Shown here: piece after piece, positions 31,605 to 49,556 of the stretch | Numbering within the stretch: the first letter of the stretch is position 1 | Layout of the letters: every line of letters starts with the position of its first letter | DNA from: Macrostomum lignano | Taxonomy: Eukaryota | Assembly: GCA_002269645.1 (NCBI GenBank) | Contig: NIVC01000561.1 | Span: forward strand, 124,001-188,000 | Length of the DNA: 64,000 bases | Reading direction: 5' to 3' | The notes under the pieces: model-generated | What the model was told of the DNA's origin: nothing | Database searches by the model: none | Seen by the model: the letters and a program-made list of their open reading frames with translations, nothing else | Translations under genes and position numbers: made by a program

Positions 31605-34349
31605 TCACACAGCTCCAGTGGTGGACCGGGGTCGGTAGGTGCTCTTTCCAGGAAACTGGATGCCTCTGCCGCCGCTGTCTCCGCCGCCGCCGTCGCCTTG
31701 GAGCAGCTTGCAGAACTCTTTGAACGTGACGCCGCCGCCACTACCGACATCCGTGGCCGACATCACCAGCTCGACATCGGCATCGGCTGAGTCCTCTTCC
31801 AGCAGCTCCAGAGCGACTTGAATCTCCTGCCGATTCAGAAGTCCGTCGCCGTCTTTGTCAAACAAGTCGAACGCCGCTCGAAGCTCCAGCAGCTCCTCGG
31901 TGTTCAAAGCGGCGTCGTCTTCGCTCTGGTGGCAGCACTGCCGGTGCCTGCGGCCTCCGAGCTGCTGCTGCTGCTGCTGCTGCTGCTGAGCTGTCGGGTG
32001 CAGCGCCGATGCTGGTGTCAGCCAGCACCGAGAGCTGTTCATTAGGCTGGTGAACTCCAGCAGAGACAGACCGCCTTTGCGGCCGGAGTCCCACTGGTTG
32101 AGTAGCAGCTGAGGGAGTTTCGTTGGGGGAGAGGAACTGCGGTTTATGAGGCTGTTGGAGACACTGCTCACATTTGGCACTCTGCTCAGGTACTCAATTG
32201 GCACTCTACTCAGGTACTCAATTGACACTCTGCTCAGATACTCAATTGACACTCTGCTCAGATACTCAATTGACACTCTGCTCAGATACTCAATTGGTAC
32301 TCTCCTCAGGTAATCATTTGGCACTTTGCTCTGGTGCTCAGTTGGCACTGCTCAGGTAATCAGTTGGCACTCTGCTCAGGTACTCAATTGGCACTCTGCT
32401 CAGGTACTCAATTGGCACTCTGCTCAGATACTCAATTGGCACTCTGCTCAGGTACTCAATTGGCACTCTGCTCAGGTACTCAATTGGCACTCTGCTCAGG
32501 TACTCAATTGGCACTCTGCTCAGGTACTCAGTTGGCACTCTGCTCAGATACTCAATTGACACTCTGCTCAGATACTCAATTGGTACTCTCCTCAGGTAAT
32601 CATTTGGTACTCTCCTCAGGTAATCATTTGGCACTTTGCTCTGGTGCTCAGTTGGCACTGCTCAGGTAATCAGTTGGCACTCTGCTCAGGTACTCAATTG
32701 GCACTCTGCTCAGGTACTCAATTGGCACTTTACACAAATCAGAAGTCTCGTCTACACCATGGCATAGAAATACGGGCTTTAATTAAAAAAGTTGCCAAAC
32801 TTCACATTAGAAGATATGTTGCTATAAATAGCTCCCCAAACCAGACGAAGCTGTTTTGAGCACAGAAAAACCGCATTGAGCATATGGGGCTCCCTGCTGC
32901 TTATTCAAGGCCATATTTCTGAGCAGTTCGTGCTTCACATAATTCTCAATGAAAATGGTGTCGTATTCTTTGCTAACACAATGCAGAGATATCTGACTTG
33001 CTCTGTTATTCACACCATCTTGTTTTTACTGGAATGAAAATATGCAGACGAAACTGTTCACTCGTAAATTTGTACTCAGAATTATTTTCCAAGAAACTCA
33101 AAGCATTTTATCTGCCTAGAAAGCGTTGGACTCAAGCTTTAAATAAAGGACATTGTGCTCGCTTTTGTTTTAGCTTAGATTTTCTGAGTCTGTCTGTTTA
33201 TGCAAGCCTGAACTGTCTGTTTATGCAAGCCTGAACTGTCTGTTTATGCCAGCTTAAACTGTCTGTTTATGCCAGTCTGAACTGTCTGTTTATGCCAGTC
33301 TGAACTGTCTGTTTATGCAAGCCTGAACTGTCTGTTTATGCAAGCCTGACCTGTCTGTTTATGCAAGCCTGAACTGTCTGTTTATGCCAGCCTGAACTGT
33401 CTGTTTATGCCAGTCTGAACTGTCTGTTTATGCCAGTCTGAACTGTCTGTTTATGCCAGTCTGAACTGTCTGTTTATGCAAGCCTGAACTGTCTGTTTAT
33501 GCAAGCCTGACCTGTCTGTTTATGCCAGTCTGACCTGTCTGTTTATGCCAGTCTGAACTGTCTGTTTATGCAAGCCTGAACTGCCTGTTTATGCAAGCCT
33601 GAACTGTCTGTTTATGCAAGCCTGAACTGTCTGTTTATGCAAGCCTGACCTGTCTGTTTATGCCAGTCTCAACTGTCTGTTTATGCCAGCCTGAATTGTC
33701 TGTTTATGCCAGCTTAAACTGTCTGTTTATGCAAGCCTGAACTGTCTGTTTATGCCAGTCAGAACTGTCTGTTTATGCAAGCCTGAACTGTCTGTTTATG
33801 CCAGTCAGAACTGTCTGTTTATGCCAGTCTCAACTGTCTGTTTATGCCAGTCTGAACAGTCTGTTTATGCCAGTCTGAACAGTTTGTTTATGCCAGTCTC
33901 AACTGTCTGTTTATGCAAGCCTGGATTGTCTGTTTATGTCTAAAATATCTAAGAAAGATCCTAAAGTGTCTGTTTATTAGTGAAAACAGTCTCACCTGAA
34001 CCTCCCGCTCCGCAACCGGCATGCTGAGCCTCTCCATCACGCTCGCCAGCTCAGCCCCGCCCATCCTGCCGTCGTTGTCCTTGTCAAACAGACCGAACGC
34101 CTCCTTCCACTTGCCAGCAAAGTCGGCCACATTGAGGCTGAGCGATCGACCAATCATAGCGCGACGCTGCTTAACCTTTCGATCTCCAGTTGAACTTGAA
34201 CTTGAGTCATCTGCAGCAGCCTTCATCAAAGGTTTCATTGATGCTTTGGCTGGCAGAAGCATAGCGAGTTTGGCTTTTAAATGATTGTTGGGCTGTTCTG
34301 TTGGTTGGGGCTTGATGAGACCGCTGTTAGCACTGCTGCAGACAGACAT
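31605..34349 (-). CDS. Calmodulin-like four-EF-hand protein; exons 34349-33996, 32108-31605; ~285 aa
   Basis: Phase-0 splice EREVQ|LLLNQWD. EF loops DKDNDGRMGGAE, DSGRKGGLSLLE, DKDGDGLLNRQE, DVGSGGGVTFKE. The start codon is uncertain because there are several in-frame ATGs. Confidence 0.82.
32175..32730. repeat. 24-bp minisatellite (GGCACTCTGCTCAGGTACTCAATT) in EF-hand intron
   Basis: Tandem array directly upstream of the exon-2 acceptor. Confidence 0.93.
33190..33940. repeat. 23-bp minisatellite (GCCTGAACTGTCTGTTTATGCAA) in EF-hand intron
   Basis: Period-23 tandem array. Confidence 0.94.
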
Positions 34350-35049
34350 GGCTGTTCGCTGTGATAAGAAAGTTGGGTGTTGTAAGAGAATCAATGTTAA
34401 TGTCTTGCAGGAGCCTCTGCTCTGCTACAGATTGCCTGTATTTATAAACAGTTGCTTTTGGCATGGGAGGGTAGAGGGGGGGTTATCTTTCTAACCCCCT
34501 GCTGTTTCAAGCCATGCAGAGCCAGTTCTTGACAAACAAAAAGCAAGAGGTCCACTCACTTACTCACCCCATTAGCGTGCAGCACACGGGTAAATAAGTT
34601 AATAATAAACCGATGTACATTTTTAGTTCAATGTGAAAAATTGGAATTTTCCGTGGAAGCGAATGAAAAGGTTTCTAAACAATGTTGGGTTTGGGTTAGA
34701 GTGAATATTTTCAAGAAATTGTTTCGGTCCATTCCTAACTAAAAATGTATGGAAAGTATAGAGATGAGTGCTGTATTTCCAAGTCAATTAAATTTCAATA
34801 CCGAGTTTATTGTACTCTCAGTAGTATACCATCTGTTTGCTGAAGTTGATTCAGCAAGTACAAGGAGGATAAACTGCATGTGCTGTAGAAAGGATTGGTT
34901 GCTCCCACAGAACCCCCTTTTGGGCCATAGACAATTTAAAAGCAAGTCTTCGACGGCTTGATTCCCTCCACTGAGGATTAAATGGCTTGATCCTACCCTC
35001 AATTAGCTTAGAAAAGGCTATATTATGGGTCTGCAACAGCTGACTGCCG

Positions 35050-35280
35050 AAACCAAACCCTCTCCTAAACCCTAATTCTGACCATAACCCGAACCCAACT
35101 GAAACACTTTAATTTAACCTAGTTCCTAAACCGAAACATAAAACTAAACCCTAACCCTAACCTCCATTCTTGAACCTAACCTATACCTTAACCATACCCT
35201 AACCCTAACCCTAAACTAAACCTTAACCTAAACCCTAGCCCAAACCTCAGTAAACCTCAACCTACCTAAACCTAAACGAA
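35050..35280. repeat. Degenerate interstitial (CCCTAA)n telomere-like tract
   Basis: Several exact ccctaa units mixed with cctaaa/cttaac variants. Confidence 0.65.
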
Positions 35281-35737
35281 GTCCTGTCATAAGATTCCTG
35301 TCAAGTCATCGTAATTACCTGAAAATCAAAAGTACACATGTTTACACGCGTGTATAAGTGTATCGTACCATCACCTTTTCGAGCCATTAATAACCATAGA
35401 CGTGTTACAAGTCTGTCTAAATGATTGGCAAAAACTTTGTCAATTACCATAGAGCTTCAGCTTCATTCAAGAATAAAATAGTCTATGGTCAAACCCCTAT
35501 TGGTAGTGTGACTTCGGCTCAGATGTCTGCGACACAATTAAGTTTTCACACAGAACAAAAACGCTTTCATTTTATTTCGGTTGATCAAGAAAGCTTTATA
35601 ATCACTCCACAAATTTCTGTACATTATCGACAGCGTATCGTCATTGCCTTTTGCCGTGAATTGTCGATGAAGGATGTGTCGGTGGTGTTCGGACTATCAA
35701 AAACTTTTGTTCACCTCATTCGGCCAACATTGTTGTC

Positions 35738-36025
35738 CATTCCGCCGACTCCCCTGAGCAGGCACACAAGCGCGCGGATACGTACGCAGTCATACGCACA
35801 GGCACTCACTCACACAGGAGTGTACAGCGGCCCCTACTTTATTTATCGTTAGGCATGTACACTTCACTGTGCCTTGGGGGTTGGGCCCCAAGCTGGGCGT
35901 TAACTGCACTAGCAGAGCCAAGCCGGGATTCCAATTTAGTCTAAAAGATTAATGTGACTGCACTTGGAATCGAGCATGGGCCGCTGGCGCATAAGAGCGC
36001 CGTGCTAGATCACTGGGCTACGGCT
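35738..36025 (-). mobile_element. tRNA-derived SINE copy 3
   Basis: High identity to 16155-16404 and, in the head, to 21480-21595. A and B boxes are on the minus strand. Confidence 0.72.
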
Positions 36026-37147
36026 CCTTGCTGGCTATCCAGGAGGTTTGGCCATAGACAGTTCATTCTGCAATATTTCCAGCTAGCAGGGTGATATACA
36101 CGGTAAGTATAGTCCTTCCCTAGAAGACATTAGTAGATCTTGTCTATCTTCTTTGGGTTGCTGCGCAAGTACTTGCAAAAACGTGCAAGATCTTTGCTAT
36201 AATACTTAGAGGTACCATGGTAAACTTACCAGATCTGGGCGACTTGCTACATCGTACAAGATCTTAGCTTTTATATCTTTTTATAGCTTCGAATCGTATA
36301 TTTTCTAAAATTTACTGTCCCATTTTGTCATAAAATAAAATATAGTTCAGCTAGAACACTTTAGCCAAATGAATAACAAAAAAATGTACCTCCCATCTTA
36401 GAAGATCCTGCAAGAACCGAGCAGATTGAGAAGATCTGCTAAGTTTGAGAAACAGAATGTTCTCTAGGGTTGCAAAGCAAAATGCAAATGGTCAGGAAGA
36501 ACAGACAGTAAACAAGCGGCCCACGTGCGGGTTAATGAAATGCAACCTTAGGCACGTCATTTATCAAGCAATCCAACAGGTGATTAAACTCAAATTTCAC
36601 TATTGCGAAATCAAACCGAAATTTATATAACTAAAAGTACGCATAAGTTTTTACGTAATTAAATAAATTAAAAAAGAGTTTTGTGAGAAAACTTCAAATT
36701 TGTGGGCGACATTGCGAGACGTTCTTCTGTGACATTCCTGTAGGCGAATTGCACTGCTGCACATTGCTGCCGGAGTGTCTTTAGTAAAATAAAAAAAAAT
36801 TTCATTTCTAATAAATAATTAACACAACGGTTTTAGAAAAATGCCAAACCTCAGCGAATTTAAATTCGAACTAAACCTAGTACCTTCAATACATTGTAAA
36901 AAGTTATTAAATTAAGACTCAAACGGATCAAGCTGATGTACGAGCGTACAACTAATATTCTAGGTATTACAATATTTTAAGCCGTTCGGGAATATGCAAC
37001 CGCCGTTATAATTCGCTCTGGGCCGTGAAAATGTGAGATAAGAAGATAGTCCAGCGCGTGTAACACAAATAAAATAAAAGTCACTTCAGCGATGTACATC
37101 AAAATTACAATTGCAGCCCTCAGGATTTTACTAAAACACAGTGTGCA

Positions 37148-37960
37148 GTTACATCAAGGCCGTGATTTCTTATCTGCCCTCACCCAGTTCTTTAACCATC
37201 ATCTCGGGTCGCTAGCAATGTACATCAAGGCCGTGATTTCTTATCTGCCCTCACCCAGTTCTTTAACCATCATCTCGGGTCGCTAGCAATGTACATCAAG
37301 GCCCTGACTTCTTATCTGCCCTCACCCAGTTCTTTAACCATCATCTCGGGTCGCTAGCAATGTACATCAAGGCCCTGACTTCTTATCTGCCCTCACCCAG
37401 TTCTTTAACCATCATCTCGGGTCGCTAGCAATGTACATCAAGGCCCTGACTTCTTATCTGCCCTCACCCAGTTCTTAAACAATAGGATCGCTAGCAATGT
37501 ACATGTACATCAAGGCTCTGATTTTTTATCTGCCCTTCTTATCTGGCCCTGATTTCTTAAGCCATCATCTCGGGTAGCTAGCAGTGTACATCAAGGCCCT
37601 GACTTCTTATCTGCCCTCACCCAGTTCTTTAACCATCATCTCGGATCGCTAGCAATGTACATCAAAGCCCTGACTTCTTATCTGCCCTCACCCCAGTTCT
37701 TAAACAATCGGATCGCTAGCAATGTACATCAAGGCCCTGACTTCTTATCTGCCCTCACCCAGTTCTTTAACCATCATCTCGGATCGCTAGCAATGTACAT
37801 CAAGGCCCTGACTTCTTATCTGCCCTCACCCCAGTTCTTAAACAATCGGATCGCTAGCAATGTACATCAAGGCCCTGATTTCTTATCTGCCCTTCTTATC
37901 TGGCCCTGATTTCTTAAGCCATCATCTCGGGTAGCTAGCAGTGTACATCGAAATCCTGAT
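37148..37960. repeat. ~71-bp minisatellite, about 11 copies
   Basis: Unit gtacatcaaggccctgacttcttatctgccctcacccagttctttaaccatcatctcgggtcgctagcaat. Confidence 0.93.
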
Positions 37961-38729
37961 TTCTTATCTGGCAGAAAAGCATAATGTATGCAGGTATTGT
38001 GTACACTCAGCAGCATGTTAAAGTTTTCACCTTAACTGTGGGGCTGCAGGTGATGCAATTTGCGTCACAAGGCTAATATGTTGCTAAAGTGTATTTTTAT
38101 CAGAGTTATTTCTATTGATAAGCTTCTATTCTTTTAGCTTATCCCTCATTCCCAGCGCCTCGCTGGATGTTGTTGCGGTTTCCATGAGAACAATAACCAA
38201 CATAGCAGCTGGGAGTCTATTAATTCCTCTTCTCCTATTAATATTCCCGAAATTGCGCCCCTCAATCCTTGCTACTTTCACCTATCTACAAAATAATCAG
38301 CTCGAGTCTGTTGATAAAAGTACAAAACCAGCCCTGTAGAGTACAGCCTGCAGTCCTAACTTATGCGCGGTTCCTCACTTTCCTCACTTTATCTCACATC
38401 CTATTGTGATCGGCGCGTGATTCTATCATTGGATTTGAGAAGCACATACTCTGCACCCGCTTGCACTTCGCAGCGGCAACTCACTGTTCAACTAGAAACC
38501 AATAATATGCTCAATAATCAGCTTTTTCTGCAAGTTGCCTTCGCGTGGGCAGAAGGTGGAGCAATAAAATATCGAGAATGTGGCTCCTCAGATTTTGTAT
38601 TAATCGCGCTCAACTTAATTGTTTGCTATTTGTTTTACTGAATTCGTCAGCTTGGCCTTCATTGGTTAAGGCTCTAATTACTCAACTTATTGCGTAAACA
38701 TTTTAGACTGACTAACTTCCCGCAGTCTT

Positions 38730-39000
38730 CCTCACCTGGTTCCAAAGAGTGACATGAGCACACTGCCTCACCTGGTTCCAAAGAGTGACATGAGCACACT
38801 GCCTCACCTGGTTCCAAAGAGTGACATGAGCACACTGCCTCACCTGGTTCCAAGATTGACATGAGCACACTGCCTCACCTGGTTCCAAGATTGACATGAG
38901 CACACTGCCTCACCTGGTTCCAAGAGTGACATGAGCACACTGCCTCACCTGGTTCCAAGATTGACATGAGCACACTGCCTCACCTGGTTCCAGAGTGACA
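38730..39000. repeat. 35-36-bp minisatellite, about 7 copies
   Basis: Unit cacctggttccaaagagtgacatgagcacactgcct. Confidence 0.92.
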
Positions 39001-39150
39001 CATGAGGCTCATCCTTCAAATCAGAGAGAGCGAGAGAGAGAGAGAGAGAGAGTACCTGATTGGTCAGAGCAAACTATATAGACAGCAATCAGTGAACTGA
39101 TCCTCAGCAAAAGAAACCGCCTCTGTATTGTCAGCAGAAAAAGCGAAGAA

Positions 39151-45864
<6,714 letters not shown>

Positions 45865-46759
45865 CTTGAAGAAATCTTTTAACCTTGAGCCGATGGATTT
45901 CAGCTTGCTTCTCCCCACCTTCCTTCTCTATTTTAATTAATCTGTCTATCTGCGCTAATCTGACGCGCTTTACACAACATATCGGTAGGTAAAGAGAGCC
46001 ACAATTCTATAATATGTTATAATTTAGTTTCATCAGTGAATAAAATTTGATTTTGATTTGAATAGTTAAATTATTCTCTTCTATCAAATTATGCTATCAA
46101 ATGCGACTGAATGTCTGATTTAAACTGGTAAAATAAAAATTTCTCATTTCGATATAAATACTTTTAGATACATTTATTCGTATTGGCTACTTAAAGTAGG
46201 AAAGTAGTACATAAAAATGTGGGCAGGTTTAAAATTCTTCTTTTCTTTCGGGAGTCTGTGTGATTGCACTGCTGCTAAATTGATTGTCCCTCATCGACCT
46301 GCAGATAATTTCTCAGAAAACCAGAGTGTCGAGTCCCTGTACTGCAGTTGTCCATGTGCGCTACTGTGAGCAGAATCATTTCAGCGTTGGTTTGTGAGAG
46401 ACGATGTCGCCAAAGGTCCACAGCAGAGTCAGGTTGACTCCAAATTAACTGCTTTGAATAATATGCTAATTAAAATCGATTCTAAGCTTGATAAATAAAT
46501 AAATAGTATGCAAAGAAAAATTCAGAAACAAAAATTAATAACAAGGACACAACAGTAATAACACACAATAAAATTACTTATATTTAATGCAGTTGTTATC
46601 ACAAACCAGAAAAAGGCTTACTTATAGTAGTACCTGTGAGTTTATAAAATACTTAATTTTTTATTCAGTTACATTGGAGCAGGGGTCGCCAAACTCCGGC
46701 CTGCGAAGTCTCTATCCTTTAAAGGATGGAAAGTCCTTTGAAACTTTACAATATCTGGC

Positions 46760-47940
46760 CCACCAAGGTTTGTGTCTGTTCTCTCCCCTTTCTCCCCTCT
46801 CTTCCCTCTTCGCTCTATCCTCTCTCCCCTCTTCCCTTCTCTCCCCTCTCTCCCCTCTTCCCTTCTTCTCTCCCCTCTTCCCTTCTCTTCCCTCTCTCCC
46901 CTCTTCCCTCTCTTCCCTCTCTCCCCTCTTCCCTTCTCTTCCCTCTCTCCCCTCTTCCCTTCTCTTCCCTCTCTCCCCTCTTCCCTTCTCTTCCCTCTCT
47001 CCCCTCTTCCCTTCTCTTCCCTCTCTCCCCTCTTCCCTTCTCTTCCCTCTCTCCCCTCTTCCCTTCTCTTCCCTCTCTCCCCTCTTCCCTTCTCTTCCCT
47101 CTCTCCCCTCTTCCCTTCTCTTCCCTCTCTCCCTCTTCCCTTCTCTTCCCTCTCTCCCCTCTTCCCTTCTCTTCCCTCTCTCCCCTCTTCCCTTCTCTTC
47201 CCTTCTCTTCCCTTCTCTTCCCTCTCTCTTCTCTTCCCTCTCTCCCCTCTTCCCTTCTCTTCCCTTTCTCCCCTCTTCCCTTCTCTTCCCTCTCTCCCCT
47301 CTCTCCCCTCTTCCCTTCTCTTCCCTCTCTCCCCTCTCTCCCCTCTTCCCTTCTCTTCCCTCTCTCCCCTCTTCCCTTCTCTTCCCTCTCTCCCCTCTTC
47401 CCTTCTCTTCCCTCTCTCCCCTCTCTCCCCTCTTCCCTTCTCTTCCCTCTCTCCCCTCTTCCCTTCTCTTCCCTCTCTCCCCTCTTCCCTTCTCTTCCCT
47501 CTCTCCCTCTTCCCTTCTCTTCCCTCTCTCCCCTCTTCCCTTCTCTTCCCTCTCTCCCTCTTCCCTTCTCTTCCCTCTCTCCCCTCTTCCCTTCTCTTCC
47601 CTCTCTCCCCTCTTCCCTTCTCTTCCCTCTCTCCCCTCTTCCCTTCTCTTCCCTCTCTCCCCTCTTCCCTTCTCTTCCCTCTCTCCCTCTCTCCCCTCTT
47701 CCCTTCTCTTCCCTCTCTCCCCTCTTCCCTTCTCTTCCCTCTCCCCTCTTCCCTTCTCTTCCCTCTCTCCCCTCTTCCCTTCTCTTCCCTCTCTCCCCTC
47801 TTCCCTTCTCTTCCCTCTCTCCCCTCTTCCCTTCTCTTCCCTCTCTCCCCTTCTCTCATCTCTTCCATCTTCCCTTCTTCTCTTCCTTTCTCTCCTCTCT
47901 ACCTTTTCTCGTCTTGTCTTCTTACTTATATCTTCTCTTT
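46760..47940. repeat. Polypyrimidine/polypurine ~26-bp minisatellite (CTTCCCTCTCTCCCCTCTTCCCTTCT)
   Basis: Almost pure C/T on the + strand for ~1.1 kb. It explains the SLPS/REG ORFs. Confidence 0.96.
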
Positions 47941-48429
47941 CATCTCTCATTTTCTATTCCCTCTCCATTCCTCTCTAATCTGGCCCCAGAGGTAATAAAG
48001 TTTGCCGACCCCTAAATTGGAGAATATTATCAGTCAAAATATTGGCTTACACAGCAAGTCACCAAAAACCAAATATAGAAATGGGAAGATCCGGAATCCA
48101 GAAAGGTTTGGAAGAAAATGTTATAAAAATAGCCAACAAGCTAGAAAAAAGGCCTTAAAAAATCGTACATTATCGAGCGGTCACCAGCAAGTTTGTGTAA
48201 ATAATACGGGAAAAGTAAAACAAAAAGCATTTGAAAATATATAAAGTTTTGTAAAATAATTTGTCAATAATCTTGTGACAGAGTTATTCAACGCGACACC
48301 AGAATGCAGGAGAGAGAGAGACGATCGGTAAGCAATGCTATGGAATGAAAAACTAGACTTTTAACAAGACATGCGCAGGAATAACTCGCGAGGCCTGTCT
48401 GCCTGCATGCAGACATCCCCATCATCAAT

Positions 48430-49510
48430 ATGGGCAGGGAATTCCCATTAAAAAAATTTGAACAAGGGAATCCCGCTTAAAAATCAGGACAGGTGAATCC
48501 CACTTGCAAATTGGGACAAGGGAATCCCACTTAAAAATCGGGACAGGGGAATCCCACTTAAAAATCGGGACAGGGGAATCCCACTTGCAAATTAAGACAG
48601 GGGAATCCCCTTCAAAAATCGGGACAGAGGAATCTCGCTTGCAAATTGGAACAGGGGAATCCCGCTTGCAAATTGGGCCAGGGGAATCTCACTTAAAAAT
48701 CAGGACAGGAGAATCCCGCTTGCAAATCGAGACAGGGGAATCCCCTTCAAAAATCGGGACAGGGGAATCCCCTTCAAAAATCGGGACAGGGGAATCCCAC
48801 TTGCAAATTGAGACAGGGGAATTCCCTTCAAAAATCGGAACAGGAGAATCCCGCTTGCAAATTGGGCCAGGGGAATCTCACTTAAAAATCGGGACAGGGG
48901 AATCCCGCTTGCAAATCGAGACAGGGGAATCCGCTTCAAAAATCGGGACAGGGGAATCCCACTTGCAAATTGAGACAGGGGAATTCCCTTCAAAAATTGG
49001 AACAGGGGAATCCCACTTGCAAATTGAGACAGGGGAATTCCCTTCAAAAATTGGAACAGGGGAATCCCGCTTGCAAATTGGGCCAGGGGAATCTCACTTA
49101 AAAATCAGGACAGGAGAATCCCGCTTGCAAATCGAGACAAGGGAATCCCCTTCAAAAATCGGGACAGGGGAATCCCGCTTGCAAAAATCGGGACAAGGGA
49201 ATCCCCTTCAAAAATCGGGACAGGGGAATCCCGCTTGCAAATCGAGACAAGGGAATCCCACTTAAAATCAGGATATGGAAATCCTGTTTGAAAATTGAGA
49301 CAGGGGAATCCAGCCTGAAAATTGGGATAGGGAATCCCGATTGAAAATTGAGAGCGGGAATCCCCTTCATCAATAAGGACGAGGGAATTCGCTTCAAAGA
49401 TTGGGACATGAGAATTCCCAACTTTAAAAGAAACCCGACAAGAAAAATACCCAGCCTGAGAAATTAGAAATAGAGAATCCCCCGGAAAGATTTTCAAAGG
49501 GGAATTCCCA
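48430..49510. repeat. ~27-bp minisatellite (ATCGGGACAGGGGAATCCC(A/G)CTTGCAA-like), degenerating rightwards
   Basis: Period-27 array (IGTGESHLK pseudo-ORF) located 3' of both SSUH2 and the calpain. Confidence 0.92.
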
Positions 49511-49556
49511 ATACCGCGAATTGAACTACACCAGACAGACAGACAGCTGACCAGTT

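Noticed and set aside
35050-35280. True telomere or chromosome fusion point
   Set aside because: Short and highly degenerate, with no head-to-head TTAGGG/CCCTAA junction. More likely part of an interspersed repeat.
46587-48015. 400-aa SLP-rich and REG-rich ORFs
   Set aside because: Both strands of a polypyrimidine minisatellite.
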